Below, piece by piece: positions 25,267 to 30,661 of a DNA stretch of 30,661 nt. A program made the position numbers and the translations under genes. Below the pieces are notes generated by a model, which had not been told where the DNA came from, did not search any database, and saw only the letters and a program-made list of their open reading frames with translations. The number at the start of each line of letters is the position of its first letter. Position 1 is the stretch's first letter. The DNA comes from a virus (Duplodnaviria > Caudoviricetes): the IMG/VR virus record IMGVR_UViG_3300032295_003276, positions 1 to 30,661 of that record. The stretch is one strand, 5' to 3'.

Positions 25267-25554
25267 ATGAACCTCCTGGACTGGCTTTCACAGAAACGCG
25301 GGCGTCAAGCCGCCCTGGCCGGCGAGCTGGGCATCAGGCCGCCGACGGTCTCAGATTGGGCCGCGGGCGACAAGCGCGTGGCGCTGGACCGCTGCCCGGC
25401 CATCGAACGCGCCACCCAAGGCGCCGTCACCGTCGAGGTGCTGCGCCCCGATGCGGCCTGGAGCCGCATCCCTGATCCGAGCTGGCCGCACCCGGCCGGC
25501 CGGCCCGTGATTGACGTTGCCCGGCCGGTGGTGGCTGTGGCGCAAGAGGGGTGA
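25267..25554 (+). CDS. cro: Cro/YdaS-like HTH regulator
   Basis: GRQAALA..LGI.PPTVS.W..G...V...RC..IE.AT.G.VT...LRPD. Confidence 0.88.
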   Translation: MNLLDWLSQKRGRQAALAGELGIRPPTVSDWAAGDKRVALDRCPAIERATQGAVTVEVLRPDAAWSRIPDPSWPHPAGRPVIDVARPVVAVAQEG

Positions 25555-25558
25555 GCGC

Positions 25559-25858
25559 ATGACCAACACCGCGGACACTGCCGAGATCCTGACCGAGCTG
25601 CGCGCCATCCGCGCGCTGCTGGAGCGGCAGCTTGTGCTGTCGATGTACCTTACGTTCAAGCGCGAACCGCCTGAGTTTGCCGAGCAGCTCAACCAGGCGT
25701 GGATGGATTCGCAGCTGGCCGCTCCGGTGCTGCCTGGTGAGCGGCAAGCAGCTGCTGCAGCAGCAACTCGATGCGCGCAAGAGCCTGCATCGTGTCTTCG
25801 TGCATCTCCCACAGTTCCTGCATCGGCTGCGGAAACTGCGGGGGCGGCTGCGGAATGA
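25559..25858 (+). CDS. Hypothetical ORF, cassette 1, sense strand
   Basis: 99 aa from MTNTADTAE; GAGGGG RBS inside repeat A1. Confidence 0.5.
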   Translation: MTNTADTAEILTELRAIRALLERQLVLSMYLTFKREPPEFAEQLNQAWMDSQLAAPVLPGERQAAAAAATRCAQEPASCLRASPTVPASAAETAGAAAE

Positions 25859-25874
25859 ATCGACTGCTGTCCAT
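25689..25874 (-). CDS. Hypothetical protein, cassette 1, antisense strand
   Basis: 61 aa MDSSRFIPQPPPQF...; AGGAGG RBS in B1. Confidence 0.6.
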   Translation of the reverse strand: MDSSRFIPQPPPQFPQPMQELWEMHEDTMQALARIELLLQQLLAAHQAAPERPAANPSTPG

Positions 25875-26038
25875 GGGCGCCCTCCTGGCGGCACTGGTTG
25901 GGGTGAGAGCCGCCATTGTCAGCCGGGCAGGGCGCCCGCCCTTTGTGAACCGTAAGCCCGGCTGGCCGCACCCGGTCGGTCGGCCCGTCATCGACGTCGC
26001 CCGGCCTGTGGTGGCTGTGGCGCAGGAGGGGTGAGCGC

Positions 26039-26281
26039 ATGAGCCAGGAACGCGAAGCCGCGCTGGTGCAGGAGATTGCCAGCATCCGCGCGCAGCTTGG
26101 GCAGCTCAGGGCTGAGGCGGCAGCCTGGCGCGCAGCACCGCCAGCAGCTCGCCTGCAGATTCGCCGGCCGCGGCCGCTCGTGCGTCGGTCATTGACGCTG
26201 GCCGATCGCCCATCGCGTCGAGCAGTGCGTCGTGCAAAGCTTGCGGCGCTTCGTGCACTTGCAGCAGGGCCTTCAGCGTGA
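26039..26281 (+). CDS. Hypothetical ORF, cassette 2, sense strand
   Basis: 80 aa from MSQEREAAL; GGAGGGG RBS in A2. Confidence 0.5.
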   Translation: MSQEREAALVQEIASIRAQLGQLRAEAAAWRAAPPAARLQIRRPRPLVRRSLTLADRPSRRAVRRAKLAALRALAAGPSA

Positions 26282-26372
26282 CGCGGTGCGCGTGCAACTG
26301 CGCCTGCAGCTCGGCGCACTCGTCTTTCAGATCGCGGCACAGCGCGGTCAGGTCTGCGATCAACGCATGCAT
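26106..26372 (-). CDS. Hypothetical helical protein, cassette 2, antisense strand
   Basis: 88 aa MHALIADLTALCRDLKDEC...; AGGAGG RBS in B2. Confidence 0.65.
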   Translation of the reverse strand: MHALIADLTALCRDLKDECAELQAQLHAHRVTLKALLQVHEAPQALHDALLDAMGDRPASMTDARAAAAGESAGELLAVLRARLPPQP

Positions 26373-26671
26373 GGGCGCCCTCCTGGCGGCAACGGTTGGG
26401 GTGAGAGCCGCCATTGTCAGCCGGGCAGGGCGCCCGCCCTTCGTCGCGTCCGATCCCTCCCTGCGCGGTGCCCATCGCCGTGCGTTTGCGCCACGCTGGC
26501 CGGCCGTGATGCCGGCCGCCCGGCCGGTGCCGCTGCGTACCGTCTCCTCCGCATGCGGCCTGGCCGGGCGGCGCGTTTTTTCTTCCATGAGTTGAGGCCA
26601 CACGCGATGGTGCCTGCCCAGCTACAAACGTCTGGTGCGCAAACGCAACTTCGAGCACAAGGGGGTTTCTG

Positions 26672-26932
26672 ATGGCAGGCCGTACCGTCACCCCCGGCTT
26701 GGTGCGCCACCGTGCCTTCGAAGCACGAGTGGGCGCGCAGTACCTCACCCGCACAGGCCGCCTTGCACGCCTGGCCAAGATCGAGCCGGATGCCAGCGGC
26801 GACGACATCCTGCACTTCGAGTACATCGACCCGCCGCCCGATGCCGGCGCGCTGGGGCCGACGAAGACCCGCAAGGATGGCTTCCAGATGCACGAGCGCG
26901 TGGCATCGCGCCTGATGGTTCGCGTTGACTGA
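26672..26932 (+). CDS. Hypothetical protein upstream of the primase
   Basis: 86 aa; AAGGGGG RBS; codon usage typical of the phage. Confidence 0.65.
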   Translation: MAGRTVTPGLVRHRAFEARVGAQYLTRTGRLARLAKIEPDASGDDILHFEYIDPPPDAGALGPTKTRKDGFQMHERVASRLMVRVD

Positions 26933-29375
26933 CGCAGGCCGCGCCATGACACAGGAAGCCGCCTTGATGCAGCCGCTGCTGGACAACCTGCCCGCCGCCA
27001 TGCGGGCGCTGGACCAGTGGCTGGTCTGGCGCTTCGAGACTTACCCCGGCGACAAGAAGCCGCGAAAGGTGCCCTACTACTGCAGCGGGCGCAAGCGCCG
27101 CGGTGAGCAGGGCAGCGCCGAAGACCGCGCCCAGCTGGCCGGCTTTGCCCAAGCGCGGGCGCTGGTGGACACCGGGCGCTTCGATGGGCTGGGGTTCGCC
27201 TTCCTGCCCGGTGACGGGCTCATCGGCATCGACATCGACGCCGCCATCGACGCCGACACCGGCGAGGTGGCGCCGCACTGCCTGCGCATCATCGAGCAGT
27301 GCGCCAGCTACACCGAGCGCAGCCCCAGCGGCCGGGGCGTGCACATCATCGTGGCCGGGCACACGCAGACCTTCAAGGACAACAGCATCGGTGTCGAGGT
27401 GTTCTGCGGCCGCCAGTTCTTCACCTGCACCGGCGACCGCTGGGCCGGCACGCCGGCCGAGGTGGGCCCGATCACGCCGCAGACGCTGGCGATGTTGCGC
27501 GAGCTGGTCAAGCCAGCGCGCGACCAGGCGCCGCGCGCCGCTGCACCACGCCCCGCCACGCCCGCCGCCGATGACCTGGGCCGGCGCCTGGAATCCGCAC
27601 TGCTGCAGCTGGACAGCGACATGCCGCACGACGACTGGGTCGAGGTGGGCATGGCGTTGAAGGCCGCGCTGGGCGAAGGCGGCCTGCGGCTGTGGGACTG
27701 GTGGAGCAGCAAGGGCAGCAAGTACCCGGGCCATGAGGTGCTGGCCCGCAAGTGGGCCAGCTTCCGCGGCCAGGGCATCACCGAGGCCACCATCTTCCGC
27801 CGCGCCATCGACGCCGGCTGGTCACCGCCGCGCAGCCGCAGCCCGCTGCGTGCACCGCCGCCGCCGCAGGACGCGCCCGATCTGCAGGACGACGGTGCGG
27901 CCGGCGACGACCAGGCCGAAGACGCGCCCGAGTACCACGCCGACCCCGAGGGCGCCGAAGCGGCCGAAGCCCGATCTACCCCTGCGCCCGGCTCCGCGCC
28001 GGGTGGCAGGCGCAAGCCCCGCAACAACCTGCCCCCGGCGCTGGACGCGCTGCTGCTGCGCAACAGCGAAGGCGGTGTGGCCGACTGCCGTGAAAACGTC
28101 TTCCTGACGCTGAAGCACCATCCCGAGCTGGCGGGCCTGGTGGCCTTCGACGAGTTTGCCTACCGCGTGCTGAAAACCCGCACCACGCCCTGGGGCAGCG
28201 AGCCGGGCGAGTGGGCCACCGACGACGACTACAGCCTGGGCTACTGGCTGGCCACGCAGTTACGCCTTCGGGTGCGCGCTGAGGCCACGCTGGCGGCCGG
28301 CGTGGCCATGGCTGCCACGGACAACAAGTTCCACCCGGTGCGCCAGTACCTGGACAACCTGCCCGCCTGGGACGGCATCGACCGCCTGACGCACTGGCTG
28401 CACGAGTGCGTGGGCGCGGCCGACACCACCTACACGCGCCTGATCGGCCCGTGGTTCGTGATGAACATGGTGCGCCGCATCCGCCAGCCGGGCTGCCAGG
28501 CCGACTACATGATCGTGCTCGAGGGCAAGCAGGGCAAGCAAAAGAGCACCAGCCTGCGCACCCTGGTGGGCCGCAACGACTGGTTTGCCGACACGCCCAT
28601 CCGCATCGGCGACAAGGACGCGCTGCTCAATCTGGCGGGGAAGTGGCTGTACGAGATCGCCGAGCTCGACAGCTTCAGCCGCGCCGAGACCACCGCCGTC
28701 AAGCAGTACCTCACCAGCCGCATCGACCGCGTGCGCGAGCCCTTTGCGCGCCGCCCGGCTGACCGCCCGCGCAGCTGCGTCTTCGCCGGCACCACCAACC
28801 AGGACGAGTACAGCAAAGACAGCACCGGTGCGCGCCGCTTCTGGCCCGTGGCCTGCGACGACGAGATCAACCTCGACAAGCTGGCCGCCGACCGCGACCA
28901 GATGTTTGCCGAGGCCATCGCCCGCCTGGCCAGCGACGACGCCGAAACCCGGCGCTGCTGGCCCACGCGCGAGGAAGAACAGCGCTACCTCGTCCCCGAG
29001 CAGGAGCGCCGCGAGATCGGCGATCCGTGGTTCGAGCGCATCGCATCGTGGGTGGACAGCAGCGCCCGCTTCGGTGAGGCCCACACCGAAGCCTGTGAGC
29101 GCGACAGCTTCACCACGCACGAGCTGCTGGTGTACTGCCTGGGCGTGCCCAGCGACCGCATCGACGGTGCCCGCCAGATGAGCACGCGCGTGGGCATCGC
29201 CATGCACAAGCTCGGCTGGACGAAGAAGCGCGACGCCCATGGCGCCAGGCTCTGGCGCTACGTCCGTCCAACCTCGAAGCCGGGGCAGGGCGCGGACGAT
29301 CAGAACGCGGTGGGTGGTCCCACCAGCGAGCCGCAGGCCGGTGGTCCGGCCGAGGAAACGCTCGATGAATTCTGA
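26925..29375 (+). CDS. Primase-helicase: AEP primase + PriCT-2 + VirE/VapE-type P-loop ATPase (start may be 26946)
   Basis: QWLVW/KVPY/GIDID/E.SPSG.GVH; DDWVEVGMALK...WS..G.KY; LEGKQGKQKST, EIAELDSF, CVFAGTTN and TGARRFWPV motifs. Confidence 0.9.
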   Translation: MTDAGRAMTQEAALMQPLLDNLPAAMRALDQWLVWRFETYPGDKKPRKVPYYCSGRKRRGEQGSAEDRAQLAGFAQARALVDTGRFDGLGFAFLPGDGLIGIDIDAAIDADTGEVAPHCLRIIEQCASYTERSPSGRGVHIIVAGHTQTFKDNSIGVEVFCGRQFFTCTGDRWAGTPAEVGPITPQTLAMLRELVKPARDQAPRAAAPRPATPAADDLGRRLESALLQLDSDMPHDDWVEVGMALKAALGEGGLRLWDWWSSKGSKYPGHEVLARKWASFRGQGITEATIFRRAIDAGWSPPRSRSPLRAPPPPQDAPDLQDDGAAGDDQAEDAPEYHADPEGAEAAEARSTPAPGSAPGGRRKPRNNLPPALDALLLRNSEGGVADCRENVFLTLKHHPELAGLVAFDEFAYRVLKTRTTPWGSEPGEWATDDDYSLGYWLATQLRLRVRAEATLAAGVAMAATDNKFHPVRQYLDNLPAWDGIDRLTHWLHECVGAADTTYTRLIGPWFVMNMVRRIRQPGCQADYMIVLEGKQGKQKSTSLRTLVGRNDWFADTPIRIGDKDALLNLAGKWLYEIAELDSFSRAETTAVKQYLTSRIDRVREPFARRPADRPRSCVFAGTTNQDEYSKDSTGARRFWPVACDDEINLDKLAADRDQMFAEAIARLASDDAETRRCWPTREEEQRYLVPEQERREIGDPWFERIASWVDSSARFGEAHTEACERDSFTTHELLVYCLGVPSDRIDGARQMSTRVGIAMHKLGWTKKRDAHGARLWRYVRPTSKPGQGADDQNAVGGPTSEPQAGGPAEETLDEF

Positions 29376-29851
29376 TCTCGTCCAACCTCCGTCCAACCTC
29401 CGTCCAACCTCTGCGCAAGGTTGGACGGGCGGTTTTTACCTCGGTGGCAGGGTGCCGTCCAACCTCGTCCAACCTGCCTCACGTGCACATGCGTGTGTGC
29501 GTGGGGGCGCGCGGACGCCCGCACGCCCCCGCACGCCCCCGCAGGGGCGCGCACAGGGGGAAAGGGGTTGGACGAGGTTGGACGGTTGGACGAGAGAGCA
29601 AAGAGCACCACAACACAGCACCATGCAACAGCAAGGCCAAGGCAGCAAGGCAGCAAGCCTGCGATCCACCATGCCCCAGACCGCCGCGCTGGTGGACTGG
29701 CTGCGGGCCGAGCTGGGCAAGCAGGCCGCCGACCGCGTTGTGCTGAGGGGGAAGCAGGGCAAGGGCGGCTTCTACGCCGCCGAGATCGGGCCGGATGGCG
29801 TGCTGCGCGAGTTCGGCAGCACGGTCAGCGGCCGGCGGGTGCGGTTGGACG
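29265..29851. repeat. Iteron array (CGTCCAACC), probable replication origin
   Basis: Direct copies at 29265, 29379, 29390, 29401, 29456, 29466; inverted copies at 29419, 29566, 29576, 29584, 29843. Confidence 0.8.
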
Positions 29852-29886
29852 GGCAGGGTGGGTTGGTGTGGGGGGCGGCGCCGTGA
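29623..29886 (+). CDS. Hypothetical protein
   Basis: 87 aa with LR..MPQTAA.VD.LR...G and F.A.E motifs; GTGA-coupled to the next gene. Confidence 0.65.
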   Translation: MQQQGQGSKAASLRSTMPQTAALVDWLRAELGKQAADRVVLRGKQGKGGFYAAEIGPDGVLREFGSTVSGRRVRLDGQGGLVWGAAP

Positions 29887-30593
29887 GGATCACCATCGAC
29901 ACCAACATCGCCCAGGTGCGCGAACGCCTGGGCGCGCTGGCCGGGCAGGCTGACTTTGCGGCCAGCGTGGCGCTCAACGCCACGGCCCGCCACGTGCAGG
30001 CCATCGTGCCCGGCCTGCTGCGGGGCGCGCTGGATCGACCCACCCCCTTCACGGCCGGCGAGCCCACGGGCAGCCGCGCATCGACCTTCATCGCCCGCGC
30101 CGACAAGCGCAAGCTCGAAGCCGGCGTCTTCTTCAAGACCCGCCAAGCGAGCTACCTGCGCTGGCAGCTGCAGGGCGGCACGCGGCAGCCGGCGCGCAAG
30201 GCCCTGCGCCTGCCTGCTGCGGTGGAGCTCGACGCCTTCGGCAACCTGCCGCGCGGCACTATCACCAAGCTGCTGGCCGTGGCCCGGCGCGAAGGCAAGC
30301 TGAGCAAGCGCCAGTCGCGCACCATCCGCGTCAGCCGCAACGTCGAGATCTTCTACGGCGACCCCACCGAGGCCGGCGTGCCCGGCAGCCCGCCCGGCAT
30401 CTACAAGCGCATCGCGCGCCCCGATGGGCGCTCGCAGCTCATCCCGTTGATCGTGTTCCCGCAGCGCTCGGCGCGCTACGAGAAGCGCGTGGACTTCCTG
30501 GCCGCCGCGCAGCCCGTCGTCGCCCGCGAGTTGCCGCGCGAATGGGCGCGGGCCATCGAGCAGGCCATGCGCACCGCGCGCGCCAGGTCATGA
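29883..30593 (+). CDS. Conserved phage protein of unknown function preceding the packaging region
   Basis: 236 aa from GTG; ALNATA, LDRPTPFT, YL..Q..GG.R..K, D.FGNLPRG and PGIY.R motifs. Confidence 0.7.
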   Translation: MRITIDTNIAQVRERLGALAGQADFAASVALNATARHVQAIVPGLLRGALDRPTPFTAGEPTGSRASTFIARADKRKLEAGVFFKTRQASYLRWQLQGGTRQPARKALRLPAAVELDAFGNLPRGTITKLLAVARREGKLSKRQSRTIRVSRNVEIFYGDPTEAGVPGSPPGIYKRIARPDGRSQLIPLIVFPQRSARYEKRVDFLAAAQPVVARELPREWARAIEQAMRTARARS

Positions 30594-30622
30594 GCCGAGC
30601 CAGCCAGCCCACCCCCCGGTCT

Positions 30623-30661
30623 GGGTCCTTCCTGGGCCCTCGATCGCGGGTCATTCGCGAG
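30623..30661 (+). other. cos-like packaging signal
   Basis: GGGTCCT (the lambda cosQ heptamer) followed by TCC and CGCGGGTCATTCGC, at the window end after the last early/middle gene. Confidence 0.45.

Larger units (their letters stand above)
25481..26042 (+). repeat. Repeat A, 82 bp, two copies (25481-25562 and 25961-26042): cro 3' end plus RBS/ATG
   Basis: 75/82 identical. Confidence 0.93.
25872..26441. repeat. Repeat B, 72 bp, two copies (25872-25943 and 26370-26441): structured element carrying a minus-strand RBS and ATG
   Basis: 70/72 identical; nested inverted repeats GGGCGCCCT/AGGGCGCCC and TGGCGGC/GCCGCCA; minus strand reads AGGAGGG-CGCCC-ATG. Confidence 0.93.

Noticed and set aside
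25481-26441. A/B repeats as a second DGR VR/TR pair, integron attC sites or IS ends
   Set aside because: Mismatches are not adenine-specific, there are no attC core sites, and there is no transposase or target-site duplication
29265-29600. CRISPR array
   Set aside because: Repeats are 9-11 bp, in both orientations, with no regular unique spacers and no cas genes
1-30661. Additional VR targets
   Set aside because: No other TR-like segment was seen by eye in this window; the rest of the genome cannot be assessed

Overview
This GC-rich window is about 30.7 kb of a temperate, long non-contractile-tailed phage, probably infecting a betaproteobacterium (inferred from the tRNA-Val(CAC)-type att core and gene families). 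It appears in its non-integrated arrangement, with attP intact and phage genes on both sides. Gene order: head decoration, head-tail and tail genes; a 1675-aa tape measure protein with duplicated EF-hand-like motifs; a complete diversity-generating retroelement (target tail-adhesin gene with VR, hairpin, avd, TR, RT); a lysis cassette; attP and int/xis; a leftward early operon; an immunity region with twin PL/PR promoter-operators; primase-helicase and an iteron origin; and a cos-like sequence at the right end. The DGR is the clearest system, with 13 of 13 VR/TR mismatches at TR adenines. Its TR is unusual in lying inside an ORF that links avd to RT. The least explained structure is a tandem pair of cassettes just after cro (25481-26441). 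Each has conserved flanks around an unrelated antisense gene, while coupled ORFs keep the + strand translatable. All family assignments come from motif recognition by eye; no database search was run.
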